Below are positions 1-14,650 of a stretch of DNA of 64,000 bases, in pieces; positions within the stretch are counted from its first letter, which is position 1; the number at the start of each line of letters is the position of its first letter. The notes below the pieces were generated by a model, which saw nothing but the letters and a program-made list of their open reading frames with translations, ran no database searches and was not told the DNA's origin. The position numbers were made by a program, and so were the translations under genes. The stretch comes from Octopus vulgaris (lineage: Eukaryota), in contig OX597820.1 of the NCBI GenBank assembly GCA_951406725.2, forward strand, positions 10,168,001 to 10,232,000, in the 5' to 3' direction.

Positions 1-825
1 CTTCCTTTTCCAAAAGTAGACAATTGTTATTATTCCTCGACATTAACATACATAATACTGTTGATGGTGAAACTACAAGAGCGGAATTGATGTCAAAATA
101 AAATGTCTGATGTTAAATACTTGTATAGTTATCTATGCATTTATTTTCCAATTTGTTTGCAGATTCAACCTGTTGTTCTCCTTTCTATCAGCTCTTTATT
201 CCTAAATAGAATTATAAATGTCGGTATATTTCCAAAAATTATTATATAATTGCATAAGCGTGCAAAACTCGCCAGAGAATGGTACGAACCTCAAATCAGA
301 CGCAGTTTCTGATACAGAATCACCAGGGGTCTACTATTATTCTATGGTATCCGTGGTATTTAAATAACAGTTCCTCTTAACTTAGCACAATGACACTATA
401 TTTTAAACAGCAGACATGGATCCCGTCAGCTCTTTAGCTGTTCCATACAAATCCTTCATCTTGATAACTGCTGCGCTTGTGGCCCATGTTACACTAGACT
501 AATACATGTCTAAAGGACGAGAGAGTAGGATGAACTCTGTACAAATCATATCCACAATAATAGTAAACTTCTGTCGCCTTGTGGTATAATTTATTGAGCA
601 TTTCGAAAACGGCTGAGGGACTAAGGTCCTGCAGAAAACTCTAGAATGGGGTCCTAAGTCAGATAACTAATAGATGGCATCCTCTGTGACTCAATGGATG
701 CTGCAAACGTATAACTTGTCTTTCCTTCGTGGTGTATCTATGAGTAGAGACGGGGTAAGTGGACTTAGGACTAGGTACTTGCTTATGAAAACAATTCCGG
801 TACAGTAGCGGTTTCGACTCAGCAA

Positions 826-1095
826 TACCAGTTACGCACTGGGGTCGATGTAATCGACTTAATCCGTTTGTCTGTCCTTGTTTATCATCTCTATGCTTAG
901 CCCCTTGTGGGCAATGAAGAAATAAGAACTGTTAACACGCCGGGCGAACAGCTTAGCAGTATTTCCTCAGTCTTTACATTTGCCTTTCATCCTTTCGGGA
1001 TCGATAAATTAAGCACAAGTTTCGTAGTGGGGTCGATCTAATCGACTGGCCCCTCCCCCAAAATTACGGGCTTTGTACCTAGAGTAGAAAAGAAT
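826..1095 (+). mobile_element. Nested Deu/Nin-domain tRNA-derived SINE fragments (young tail followed by an older copy)
   Basis: GCCTTTCATCCTTTCGGGATCGATAAATTAAG domain. Young tail ...GCCCCTTGTGGGCAATGAAGAAATA, then a head fragment and the old tail TGTACCTAGAGTAGAAAAGAAT. Confidence 0.8.
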
Positions 1096-1533
1096 ATATG
1101 TCATCTGTTCATAGACTTAAAAGTTAAAAGGTATGCTTGCAAAGATGGTAAAATTAACACATTCTTGATGTTCCTAAAAGAATTATATTAGACAGGATTT
1201 TCGCAAAGCAAGGCGCTGACTTTATCAATAGGACTCATCTACCTGTAATTAACCCTTTCCCAGTCTAAAACATTTTCATAAACGTCCATGCTTGTTTTCA
1301 GCCTTTTAGTTAATCCTTCTTTCATAGGTTCTGAATAATATAAAGCTTTCCTTTCAGAAGTCCCAAGTTATTCTGGTGTTTGAAAAAAAAATTGGGAGTG
1401 TATATGGTGTATGATATATGGACGGCAGGGCAATATGTCCTGTGTGTCCCAAGTGATACATGAGACAGGCAAAAACTTAAGTAGACGAAATAGCTGGAGC
1501 GGAGAAATGCATTTTGATATTTGATTTCGTAGT

Positions 1534-1935
1534 AAGGCAGCGAGCTGGCATAATCGTTAGCACGCCGGGCAAAATGCTTAGCGGTATTTCGTCTGCCGTT
1601 ACGTTGTAAGTTCAAATTCCGCCGAGGTCGACTTTGCTTTTCATCCTTTCGGGGTCGATAAATTAAGTACCAGTTACGCACTGGGGTCGATGTAATAGGC
1701 TTAATCCGTTTGTCAGTCCTTGTTTGTTCACTCTATGTTTAGCCCCATGTGGGTTGTAAAGAAATAGGTATTTCGTCTGGGTTTACGTTCTGAGCTCGAA
1801 TTTTGCCGAGGTCGCCTTTGCCTGTCATCTTTTCGAGGTAGATAAAATAAGTACCAGTTGAGTACTAGAGTTGATGTAACCGACTTACCTCGTCCCCTAA
1901 AACTGGTGGTTTTGTGCCCAAATTAGAAACCATTA
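1534..1935 (+). mobile_element. Deu/Nin-domain SINE dimer
   Basis: Head AGGCAGCGAGCTGGCATAATCGTTAGCACGCCGGGC, B-box-like AAGTTCAAATTCC, Deu/Nin-like domain. Young tail ends at 1766, then a second body starts at GGTATTTCGTC. Confidence 0.85.
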
Positions 1936-3939
1936 TTTGATCTCGTCATCTGCCCTTGATTCGAATCCCATCAGGGTCAACTTAGCTTTGCGAAACAATT
2001 AAATGCATAAAGGTAATGCACTACAATTCATTCACATTCTATTGTTGTGGTTGGAGATTTTTATATATCAAGATTAGAAACTTGGGCGGGGTAAAAATGA
2101 TGGAATGTCACCATAATTACTTTGGAATGTGTACTTACGATATTCTAAGTCCTCAGTTACAAGTATTCATGAACCAATACCATCCTTCCATTCCCAGTTG
2201 TTCAATAAAATAAATGCCAATCGTGGTATCTACTTAGTCCATTAAATCCGTCTCTACAAAGTTATAATATGTCAACATTTAAAAGAATTATTTACCATAA
2301 TTAAGAAGCATGCAGAAGCAGACTAAATAGATACGATTCTGGCGAGCAGAATCCTCAGCAAGCTTTGGTTGTCTGTAGAAGACATTGCCTCATAATGCCT
2401 TCTCTAAAAGGATTGATAGACACCACAGCTTTTCTTGCTGTAAATCTGGATATTTGTGACTAATCAATAGAAGCTGATAGGCGAATTAAAAGCTGGTTTC
2501 GATTTTTAGTTCCGACTATCTTATTACACTTAGATTGTAATGTCATTACAGCGACATGTCTACTTATCTGTCCATGCTGCAATCATTCTTCTCTTAAACC
2601 CGTCCATCGTTTGCATCGCTCTCTTCCTACATCCTACACACAAGGCGTTTAGAGATAAAACAATCACGACAGTATGTTTAAATTATTCCGAACAAGAATA
2701 ACTGCTAACTGATAAAGCAAAACACTAAATCCACAAGAACAAACAACTAAAAAAATAAAACAAACAATAACGCAAAACCGGAAAATAAAAATTTCAATGT
2801 GAAGGGTGGTGGGCGGTAGTTATGCAGTTTAGTTTTAGGCCATTATTTTCCTTTTTACTGTGTTTTGTTTTCTTCTAATTTTGGCTCAGTGACAGCAAAA
2901 ATAAGGGAACAGGGAATTCGATTACATCGACCCTAAAGTTTAACTGGTACTTATTTTATCAGCCCCAGAAGCATGGAAGACCAAGTGAACTTCAACGGTC
3001 TTTCAGCTCAGAATGTAATGAACGGAAAGAAATGCCACTCAGCAATTTGTTCGACGCGCTGACGATTCTGCCAGTTAACCCTCCTCCGCCTTTGTATCGT
3101 CTATCTGTCCGAACGTTTTAATGTCCTCTATTGCGTTTTTGTTCCATAAATATATATATATACATATAGCGGCGTACGTATACCCTTGTGCTCACAATGT
3201 AGTAGGTATGTATCTATATTTTGTACGACTCTAACTCTATCTTTTATTCCACCCTCTCATTTTCTCGCGTCCCCTCTCTCACATTTCTTGACCCTCTCTT
3301 TCTTTAATTCCCACTATTTCCCACTCGTTTATCTCCCCTGTACCTTTCTCTTCGTCTCTGATTTTTTGTCTAATCCTTCAATCCCGCTGCCCCCTTCCAT
3401 CATGTGACCGGTGTCCGGCCAGCCATGATCTTTCTTTCTTGGCCTGACTGCCGACCGTCAACACCTCTTGTGTCTATCTCCCATGTTCCTACCTTTAGGT
3501 TTTCACTTCAATACATACATGCCAGCTCAATTTGATTCGTTCTCAGTAAACACTCACAGCGCTCGGCCTGGTAATCGAAACCGTGATCCTACGACCGCGA
3601 GTCCACTGCCATAACCACTGGGCCATTACGCCTCCACGATTATACAATTAGGAAAACAATGTAAGCCGGCAACAGGCAATAGTTTGGTCGAAAGTAATTA
3701 GTGTTCTAAGCCCAGAGCTAACAACACCACATTTCATGCACAACATGTATACAAATGCTTGCGATTCTGATAATAGCCGTAGCGTCATTTTCGATATTAA
3801 TTCCTTCTTTGCAAGAAACGTTTAGCGTAAGTATGGAAGCCAATAGCTTAAATACGTCCGGATTATTGGGTAATCCGATACTAAAAGCACATGACACGCA
3901 CGGCTGGTTGGATCACGCATTTAGTAAAGAGCCAGTGCT

Positions 3940-3974
<35 letters not shown>

Positions 3975-4039
3975 ATACACACATATCTGTATTTGTATGT
4001 ATATATATATGTATGCATGTATATATGTATGTATGTATG

Positions 4040-4075
<36 letters not shown>

Positions 4076-4249
4076 TACATATATTTATATATGCATATAT
4101 GTACATACATATACATATATATTCAAATACATATGTATATATTCATATATACACTAATATATATAAATGCTCTCATATGCATATATATAGAGATACATAT
4201 GTGTGTATACATATCTAAATATATAAAGGTCGGTTAAAGTGAATCTATA

Positions 4250-4296
<47 letters not shown>

Positions 4297-4378
4297 CATA
4301 TATATGCACACGCGCGCGCGCGCGCACACACACATGCACACAGATACACGCACACAGACATATACATGTGCACACAAC

Positions 4379-4418
<40 letters not shown>

Positions 4419-4576
4419 ACGAAATACGTCCAACATCAGCGATGATGATTCTGGATGCTCACTTCTGCCGCGTTTGGCTTTTTCAGAGGCAAAGCACCCA
4501 CTGCCAATGGCATGCTAAGGCCATTGTGAGTGATTGAGGAAAATAGCGATTTGAGAAATTATATGAATGTGTGTGT

Positions 4577-6062
4577 GTAAGAAGGATAAGTGAGATATTC
4601 AGTGAACATTTTAAAAGTGTCTTCACTCTGCATCTTGGACACATGGAGATAAAAAAAATCCAGCTGAATTCTTTAATATTGCAGCTTTAAAAAAGGAGGC
4701 GCCAGCCATTGATTGCATCAACATTGAGGAGATAGATGTAAGAGCGGCCATGGATGAGATGAGCTCATGCTCCGCAACTGGTCCTGATGGCTTCCCAGCT
4801 ATTCTCCTGAAGTCATGTAAGCAGGCTTTAGCGAAACCACTTCAGATACTTTTCCGAAGTTTCCTTGCAAGTGGTATACTTTCTAAAAGCTGAAAGAAGG
4901 CGTTATGTGCCCTATCCACAAAGGTGGAAGCAAAGCAGAGGCCAAAAACTAAAAGCTAATCCGTCTGACCTCCCATATCAGTAAAGTCATGGAACGAATC
5001 ATCAGAAAGAAGTTGATAATGTTCCTAAAAGAAAATGACTTACTGAACAATATACAGTATGGCTTCCGTCCAGGAAGAAGTTGCCTCACACAGCAATATG
5101 ATTGTGTTTTGAAACAGCTGCTTGACTATTCAGATGTCAGCGTGATATACCTTGACTTTGCAAAGGAATTTGATAAGGTAGATCATGGCATGATAAGTCA
5201 TAAGCTACGAGACCTTGGCATTGCTGGTAAACTGGGAGAGTGGCTGCATGACTTCCTAAAGAAGTTAGGTGGTTGCAGCCAATGGTACCATTTCCGAGGA
5301 AATTCAAATCCAAAGTGGTATCCTCCAGGGAACTGTTCTGGGACCATTCCTGTTCATAATAGCTATGCTGATGATACATAATTATCAGAGGCAATAAAAA
5401 TCCAAGATGATATCGCAAGCTTACTACGGGACCTGAATTCGATACATAAGTGGGCCGAAATAAACAGCATGCAATTTAATGTTGGAAAATTTCAAACACT
5501 GCACTATCAACTCATGTATGCACTACAGCCTACATATACAGGACTCAAAGGCACTACAATCCTAGAGTCACAGGCAGTGAAAGACTTGGAGATCAATATG
5601 TGCAATGACGCATCATTGTATATGTATATTGCCAAGATGTCAGAAAAAGTGCAGAAAACTAGCAGGATGGATACTGAGGTCCTTCAAGACAAGGGACCAA
5701 GAAATTATGTTGACCCTGTAGAAAACTTTTGTTCTCAGCTACCTGGACTATTGTTCCCAGTTATGGTCACCACATAGTGCCAAACTAACAGCAGAGCTTG
5801 AGGCAGTCCAGCGCCACTGCACTAAAAAGATTGAAACAGTGATGCAGATGAGCTACAGGGATAGGCTGAGAAAACTACAGCTTTATTTCCTGGAGCGAAT
5901 GCGTGAGAGATTTGTAATAATCTACATATGGAAAATTCTAGAGATTCTAGTACCTAATTTCGGCATTGAGTGTTAGACAAATGCCAGAACTGGCTGCCAT
6001 TTATTGTACGAAAAGTGTCACCCACTCCATCTAAATCCAGGACCAGGTACTGCAATAGTCTA
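4577..6062 (+). pseudogene. Decayed CR1-group LINE reverse transcriptase
   Basis: Fragments across frames: GPDGFPAILLK, QYGFRPGRSCLTQ, YLDFAKEFDKVDH, SGILQGTVLGP, YADD, MQFNVGKFQ, LERMRERFVIIYIWKIL. Many stops and frameshifts. Confidence 0.9.
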
Positions 6063-6202
6063 AGGTCCATTAGACATCGTCCTCTCCGTGGCTATAGTAG
6101 AAGACACTTGCCCAAGGTGCCACGCAGTGGAACTGAACCCATAACCATGTGGTTGGTAAGCAAGATTCTCACCACACAGCCGCGCTTACGTCTATGTATA
6201 TA

Positions 6203-6270
<68 letters not shown>

Positions 6271-6542
6271 ATATATATATGTGTGTGGTGAATCTTAAAA
6301 TTTACAAAAGTTTATGTAAGTGTGGAATTATGAGCTGGATCCCGTAAGAGTCTTCCTATTATATATATAAATATGTACGTACGTAAGCATGAATATATGT
6401 ATGTATGTATGTATATATGTATGTATGCATGTATGTATGTATGTATGTATGTATGTATGTATGTATACATGTATGTACGGATGTATGTGTGTACGTACGC
6501 CTGTATGTATGCATACATGAGTATGTATACGCAAGTTTCCTT

Positions 6543-6590
<48 letters not shown>

Positions 6591-6779
6591 AGAGAGAGAA
6601 AGAGAGAGAAAGAGAGAGAAAGAAAGAGAGAGAGAATCATAAAGAAAGAGAAAGAGAGTGTTTGTAGAAAGATATGAATGCGAGGCCATACAGACACATG
6701 CATATGTTTCTTGCATAGATCAGCATCTATTCTGCACATATGCCTAAGCCTGAATACATATTTAGCTAAACACACACAC

Positions 6780-6819
<40 letters not shown>

Positions 6820-7441
6820 TTACTCAAACACGAATTACATTTCGTAATAAAGCAGCGTAATTTTAGCATTTCATGAAAACATTTTCATCAGGAAATCATA
6901 ATCTACAATTATATCGATCACCTTTCTAGCTTTCTTTCATTTCTTCTCTCTCCCATTCCATCCATTGTCTGTATTTCACCTGCAGCAATTGCAGCATAAT
7001 AACAGAGTTTCGAAATTTCTATATATAACCTTTTATTATCTAATTTTAGAATCGATTTCCATTCGTTCATCGAGTGGAATTATTGAATTGACTATAAATT
7101 TTAGATGATTCCTTGCCAAGGTCATAGTTTGGCAATGATTGCCCTCGAGGGAGAATGTCATAGGTCTTTATTTGTCCAATAAGAATCTTACACACACATA
7201 AGCACACACACAAGGACACACACAAGCACACACACACAGAGTATATATATATATATATATATTTATAAAGATACATACATATATGTATATATATATATTT
7301 ATATATTTATAAAGATACATACATACATATATATATTTATATATTTATAAAGATACATACATAAATACATACATATATGTATATATATATATTTATATAT
7401 TTATAAAGATACATACATAAATACATATATATATGTATATA

Positions 7442-7490
<49 letters not shown>

Positions 7491-7518
7491 ACATGTACAT
7501 ACACACACACACACACAT

Positions 7519-7604
<86 letters not shown>

Positions 7605-8041
7605 GCAGTTTTTACGTTTTTCTGTATAGTGTGCAGATCAAGAGTAAGCTCACTTCGAAAACAATCCGGTTTCGTTTCTCAGTTAGAATTAATACTCACA
7701 TTACCCCTGGTGCTGTGTGCATGTTGAAATCAACTTGTACATCACACAAATATATTCTGCTTTCATCTTGTTTATTGTAATGCGTCGCAAATAATATATC
7801 TTCGGCGTTGTTATTGGTTTCTTTACAAAGTTAACAGTGTTTTTCAGATTTATAAGATGGAAGCAATTCAGTGACATAAATGTCTTCTTCAAGAGCAAGT
7901 GAAGTTCCTACATGTAAGAACCCATTATATTTTCAGACATTTAGAAGAAGGCTGTTTAATACATACAGGGTGACTATCGCGATCTGAAATATCAGGGTGG
8001 TATACGGTTGTCGGCCATGTTGAAAGAAATTATTTATCAGA

Positions 8042-8460
8042 TGCGCAGGAGTGCTGTGTGGTAAGAAGCCTGTTTCCTTACCACAATGGTTCTGGAGGCA
8101 GTCCCACGGTATGGCAACATGCCCAAGTGTCTTCTACTATAGCCTCAGGTAGACCCAAAACCTTGTCAGTGAATTTGGTGGACGGAACTGAAAGAAGTCC
8201 GTCGTATATATATATATATGATATATATATGCGTACGTGTGTGTGTGTCTTTACGTCTGTGTCTGACCCCCTACGCCGGTTGACAACCGGTTTTTACTTC
8301 ACCGTAACTTAGCAGTTCGTCAGAAGTGTCCGATAGAATAAATACCTGGCTTATAAAAAATAAGGGCTGGGTCGATTCATTCAACTAAAAGTCCTCAAGG
8401 CGGTAGCCCAGCATGGCCGCAGCCTAATGACTGATAAGGAGTAAGAAAGAAAAGAAAAAA
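8042..8460 (+). mobile_element. tRNA-derived CORE-like SINE with internal microsatellite
   Basis: Head GCGCAGGAGTG-CTGTGTGGTAAG, body CAAGTGTCTTCTACTATAGCCTC, tail CAGCATGGCCGCAGCCTAATGACTGA. Further copies near 9618-10057(+), 11560-11830(-), 21220-21385(-), 25100-25280(+), 28325-28530(+), 62668-62778(+). Confidence 0.8.
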
Positions 8461-8479
8461 AAGATAAAAGATTATGTTA

Positions 8480-9137
8480 GCAACGTGGAGGAATTGGCAA
8501 AAAGGACAAAGCATCGGACAAAATATTCTGTAGCCCTCATTCCTAGTTTTTTTTCTTCTGAGTTCAAATCCTACGGAGGCCGGCTTTGCTTTTCCGTCTT
8601 TCAAAGTCGATAAAATAAATTATCAGTTAAAAACTGGGGTCGATAAATTCGAGTACCCCTTTACCCCACACCACAAAGAATTGCTTTTCGTGTGCCAAAA
8701 TCTGAAAACCTTAAAAGCGACGAGAAGCCAGAATTGTTAGCGAGGGTTTTCTTACAACTCTTTACGTACCAAGCTCAAATGCTGCTTTGCTTATCATCCT
8801 CCTGTGATCGTTAAAGTAAATTCCAGTCAAAGACTGGTGGTGGGTAATCGACTAACCCCACAACCCATATTTCGGACTTTGTGTTTACCTCAGAAACGAT
8901 TATTGTTGCAGCAATTTAAGGTGACAATCTGGCAGAACCGTTAAGACGCCGGGCAAAATGCTAAGCAATTTTTCGTTCGTTTTTATGTTTTGCGTTCAAA
9001 TTCCACCGAGGCTGACTTTGTCTTTCATCCTATCGAGATCGGTAAAATAAATACCCGATGAGAAGTGGGGGTGGATGTAATCGACTTACTCCCTCGCCGG
9101 AACTTGCAATCTTTGTGCCAAAATTTGAAGCCAATAC
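8480..9137 (+). mobile_element. Three consecutive old Deu/Nin-domain SINE copies
   Basis: Three diverged head/domain/tail units, each ending near TTGTGCCAAAAT. Confidence 0.7.
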
Positions 9138-9795
9138 TATTTAAAAGAGCATTTGTGACATAGAGTTATATAAGACAGCTGGAGCGTGACTTCCCTGAGA
9201 TGCAATAATGTAGTTTTAATGTCAGGTGGTTTTATATAGCAATGAAATTACGTCCTGGTGATGTATAAAATAGTGTACCTGCAGAGAGGTTGCGTATATT
9301 GTAGCATAATAGCGTAATGCAGTGAAAAATAAAGCCTGGAATAGTTCCAATAATTTTATGCTTCAATGGATGTCAGTGAAAGAGTTTCGGTTGCAACTTT
9401 TTCCATGACATTAATATTTCTTTATGAGTCGTTTGGTTTTTCTCTTTTCAGAGGAGGTGAGTAGAATAAGAAGTTTCCTATGGAACTTCGGGCGGAGATA
9501 AAAACAGTAAGATAAATATGAAATATGTTAATTTGCAGCAACTTGATGGAATATAAATGTTTCGCGAAGAAAAGTTCTACCAAAAGACGCTTAGTTTCTT
9601 TCATTACCAAAAGCATCGCGCAGGCGTAGCTGTGTGGTAAAGGGGCTTGCTTCCTAACGACATGGTTCTTGGTTCGGTCCTTCTGGGTGTATAGCCCAGA
9701 CCAATCCATGCCTTGTGAGTGGATTTCGTAGACGGAAACTAAAAGAAGCCCGTCGTATGTATGTATGTATGTATGTATGTATGTATGTATGTATG

Positions 9796-9826
<31 letters not shown>

Positions 9827-10636
9827 TTATGTGTGTGTGTGCGTGCATGTGTGCTTGTGTTTCTTCTTCGCCGCTGCTTGGCAACCGGTGTTGCTGTTTA
9901 CGTCCCCGTAGCTTAGCAGTTCAGCAGAAAAGACCTTTAGAAGAGACCAGGCTTCTAAAAAATAAGTCCTGAGGTTGATGCGTTCGACTAAAATTCTTCA
10001 AAGCGGTGCCTCAGTATGGCCGCAACGTAGTGCCTGAAATAAGGGAAAGATGAAAGATATACATACAACTAGTCTTGAACTGTAAACAGAGGAAGGAGAC
10101 TGTCACTCCTTTTCCGATCGCGAAGGTGCCAAGTAGGCCACATTTTGTGAATGCTCAATTCATGCTTATTTTATCAACCCTGGAAGGACGAAAGGCAAAA
10201 TAAACCTCACTGGTTTATGAACTCATGACGTAAAGAGCCGGAAGAAATATTGCCAAGCATCGTGTCCGACGAGCAAGCCTTCTTCCAGACGCGCAAGCCT
10301 TCTGACTGCTGTTGTTTGTGGTGAAGTAAAGGTAATTCCTGCACATCACTGTCTCGGACCCTATGATACTTAAGGACTTGTTACCCGGTTTCCATGGTGC
10401 CAAAGTGACCAAGATCACAACACTGTCACTGAACGGGACGCCAGTCCGGCGCAGAAATTCTCGTATACAGCTAAATGAAGTAAAGTCACGTGAAAAAAAT
10501 ATTTTGCTCGAAAACCCAACGCTGGGTCCGGGGTCCGAAACCCTGTTCTTGCAACCGTGAGCGCAACATCCTAACCACCAGGCCACAAGCTTTCACGTTG
10601 TAGCTAATGATGCTTTTAATTTCTTTATATAGTTGG

Positions 10637-11220
10637 ACGGGAAGCTGGCACGACTGACAAAATACTTAGCGGCATTTCGTCTGCCGCTACGTTCTGAGTT
10701 CAAATTCCACCGAGGTCGACTTTGCCTTTCATCCTTTCAGGGTCGAATAAATAAGTATCAGTTACGCACTGGGGTCGATATAATCGACTTAATCCGTTTG
10801 TCTGTCCTTGTTTGTGGGTAGTAAAGAAATAGGAATTTCGTCTGTCTTTACGTTCTGATTTCAAATTCCGCCGAGGTCGAATAAGCCTTTCATCCTTTTG
10901 GGGTGAAAAAAAAAAATAAAAACAAGTACCAGTTGAGCCCAGGGTCAATGTAATCAACTTGCCCCACCCTTCTAAACCCAGCTAGTCATATGCCCAAATT
11001 AGAAACCATTAATTACTTTATGTAGCTGAAGCACAGCGGATCAAATGCTTAGCAGCATTTCTTTCGATACTTCTTCTTCTACGTTCAAATTCCATGGAGA
11101 TCTAAGTAACCTTTCCTCTGTTCAAGGTCGGTAAAACAAACTCTTCTCCTGGAATTGACGCAATCGGCTTCCTCTTCCTCTCGAAATTGCTGGCATTGTA
11201 CCAAAATTAGAAAGAATTAA
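10637..11220 (+). mobile_element. Deu/Nin-domain SINE cluster
   Basis: Young-tail copy ending AAAGAAATA at 10831, followed by GGAATTTCGTC of another copy, plus one more old copy. Confidence 0.8.
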
Positions 11221-12186
11221 TTACTTTATGACGTGTGCCACAGTTTGCCTTGTTTTTTGTTAGATACAAATGTTTGCCAGTTTGGTGTGTATATTTCTAT
11301 TTCTTTGTTTAATTGGTTGATACTGAATGTTATTTCGGCTGTGTATCATATTAATTTACTGCGGTAGAGATTAGTTCAGCATTTTTCTTTTATTTCCATG
11401 AGGCTGGTTATTTCTGGTGGATATTTTCGTTCCAAAATATTTGTTAAATTTGCCAGGGAATTTTTCAAAGCGTCTATAATTATTTAGTTGAATGCAGGTA
11501 CTGCAGCTTTTCGTTGTTGCTTGTGGTTGCGTTGAATTTTTTAAATCTTTTTTTTTTCCCGTTTACCAGTCAATGAAGTTCAGCCATGTTAGGGCACCAC
11601 CTCGAAGGGTGTAGACGAGCAAATTGACCTAGGTGAATGGATTACGGCCATGCTGGGGCACTCTCTTGAAGAGTTTAACTAAACAAATCGTCTTTAGTAC
11701 AAATTTTGCTTTTTTTTAAAGTCTGGTGCTTGTCTTATCTGTTTCTTTTGCCGAACGGCTAAGTGACAGGCGTGTAAATAAACCAACAGCAGTTGTCAAG
11801 CGATACAGTATAAGAAATACAGATGCAAAGTCACACACTCACCATAGAAAGGTCATCTCTAGGACTGCCGAGGCAGGCTTGAAGCTCACCTGGTGTAGAA
11901 GGTTATGTCACTGAAGAGGTAGCGATGGGGATGAAAGGACTTTGAGGAACATAACTAATTGGCTGATTAATCGAGTGATTAATAAAATAATCGATTAGTT
12001 TATTGGTTAAATAGATAAACAATTAAGAAATAAAAAATAGAAGTGAAACAGAGCCAGGGCGTGTATTCGTTATTGACATAATAGTCCTCCTGAAACTGAA
12101 CAAAACCTATTTCAACACGCATTCACATCAAGAATACAAAAGGATACACACACACACTCGGTCGCGCGCGCACGCACATATATATA

Positions 12187-13460
12187 TAGGGTATCCCAAA
12201 ACGATGTACTTACTCTTTGACAGTCGATTACTAATGTATTGTTTTTTTATTATTCTGACGCAACCAACCCTTCACAATGGCAAATGCACAACTAACATTT
12301 AAGGAAAAAAAGAATTATATTAAAGTGCTACTGGAAGCACGAACATGTCACGGAAGTGCAAAGACAATTTAAAAGACAGTTTCAGAAGACACCACCAACA
12401 CGACTCACTATTGTTCGCATCAGAGGCAAATTTGAAGCATATGGAACTGTTCAGAATGTAAGTAAGCAACGCTCTGGAAGACCACGAGCATTCACCAGCC
12501 CCTATAGACACAACCAATTAATGAAAACCCTTTCCGAATCCCCAAAGAAATCCGTAAGACAATTGAGTTGTGAGATATTTATCCCCAAATCGAGTGTTCA
12601 TTGGATGTTGAAACGAGCTCATAGCCCTCAATGAAGATAATTTTGATCGGAGAGTTCAATTTTGCGAATGGTATCTGAACAAATTCGCAGAGGATGCAAC
12701 GTTTCCAGAGAAAATCTTATGGAGTGATGTGGCCACCTTCAAGTTAAATCGTTCAGTCAACCGACATAATTGCACATACTGAGCCCATGAAAATCCACAT
12801 TTTACTATGAAACACCATCTGAACTTACCAGGCGTTACAGTGAGGTGTTGGATGTCAATATTGTGTATCGTTGGACCATTTACTTTTTACCAAACTGTCA
12901 GTGGCCCAGTTTACTTAAACTTACTGATGGCAAATGTCGGTCCATGAATTGAAGAGATGTTTGGAGACGAGGAGATTTACTTCCAGCAAGATGGAGCTCC
13001 CTCTCACTACCATCGTGATGTACGGCCTTGCCTCGATGCAACAAATCCAAACAAATGGATTGGGAGGAGAGGTGGCGTTGAATTTCCTGGGGACATCTCA
13101 AAGATAAAGTTTACGCTGCAAAACCGGTGACAATTGATGGTTTGAAAAATGAAATTCGAATACGATGTCTTGCAATTCTAAATGAAATGTTTGGCAATGT
13201 TGTCGAATCCATGGTTGGACGTTATCAGCTTTGCTTGGAAGATGAAGGAAGGAAGTTTGAACATTTGCGAACACGCAGGAACGAGAGAGAACATTAAATA
13301 ATTCTAAATGACAATGAATAATCGTTTCTACAACAATTTATTTTCCTGAATTTAATTTAACATTTTAGGACTGTATGTATATCAACAAACATCTACCTGA
13401 ACACAAAACGCATGAGTACTGGGAAGTCAAAGAGTGAATACATCTTTTTGGCACACCCTG
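12187..13460 (+). mobile_element. Full-length decayed Tc1/mariner DNA transposon (DUF4817-type N-terminus, probably DD41D/rosa-like)
   Basis: 35-bp imperfect TIRs at 12187-12221 and 13426-13460 (CAGGGTGTGCCAAAAAGATGTATTCACTCTTTGAC), TA on both sides. Transposase pieces QRQF..PPTRLTIVRIRGKFE, RSGRPR, WSDVATF, FQQDGAPSH, WIGRRG, WGHLKDKVY. Subfamily call is inference. Confidence 0.9.
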
Positions 13461-14295
13461 TATATGTGCGTGTGTCTACAGAAACACACACTCATATGCG
13501 TATATATTTGTGTATGTGCTTTCATTAATTAATGCACTTTGTTATGTAGGTTATTATTTGGAAAGCCTGCGCTGCTAATGTAGCATCATATCTCATTAAT
13601 ATGCGAATGACACTTGTGAATCTGTACTGGAAGCAAGGTTTTATGTGTTATGCAACTAGCATCATTTTAATTGGTTTCTTCTAACCTGATCTGAGTATAA
13701 ATTGGAATATGGGGCGTTTTATATGGAGGCAGCTAACGTTTTCCATGAAATGTTGCAATGCAGATGCCTAATGTGGCGATAAAATCTTATAGTCCATAAA
13801 AGCGCCTTTGTTGCCGTTGATATTGAAATGTATAACTTTGCATATTTTTTTTTCCCATCAGGTTTGAAATATTAAACGCATTCTGTGCGGACCTGCGATT
13901 TTGAGAAAGGAAATAATAACTAATAACCGTGTTTCCTGTTTTCATTGCAGTTCCTACTATTACTGTGATTATTCTGATTATTTCTATAATGACTTTCTGT
14001 AATGTTTTTCCGGAAATTTTTAACGTGGCCTTGTTAACAGCTATTTCTGTGAATATTTTATAACCTAAAATATTCACCTTTATAGGTATTTTGTTATCCG
14101 TTTCGTATAAGTTCCGTGAAGTTTATTGTCCTCTGATCCTCTGATCGCATTTGAATGTATTGGGAAAAATTATTCGATTGGAGGAAAAACATCCGACCGA
14201 CATTCTGTCAGTGCCTATTGCGTCTTCATATTTGGCAAACGGGAAAGTGATCTGAAATCCCTTTAGAATTAATATAAATTGCTAAAATCCAAGTC

Positions 14296-14600
14296 CAGGT
14301 ATGGCTGCGTCGTTATGAACTTCGCTTTACAACTATGTGGTTTCAGGTTCAGTTCCACTATGCAGCACCTTGGACAAGTGACTGCTACTATAACCATGGG
14401 TTAACCAATACCTTGTCAGTGAAAGTAATAGATGGAAACTGTGTCGAAGTCCGTGGTAAGTAGCTTGTTTACCAACCACATGGTTCCGGGTTCAGTCCCA
14501 CTGCGTGGCATCTTGGGCAAGTGTCTTCTACTATAGCCTCAGGCCGACCAAAGCCTTATGAGTGGATTTGGTAGGCGGAAACTGAAAGAAGCCCGTCGTA

Positions 14601-14650
<50 letters not shown>

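Noticed and set aside
1322-1681. Recurring MRNWYLIYRPRKDE-type ORFs (also 16734, 44813, 62845)
   Set aside because: Antisense reading of the Deu/Nin SINE.
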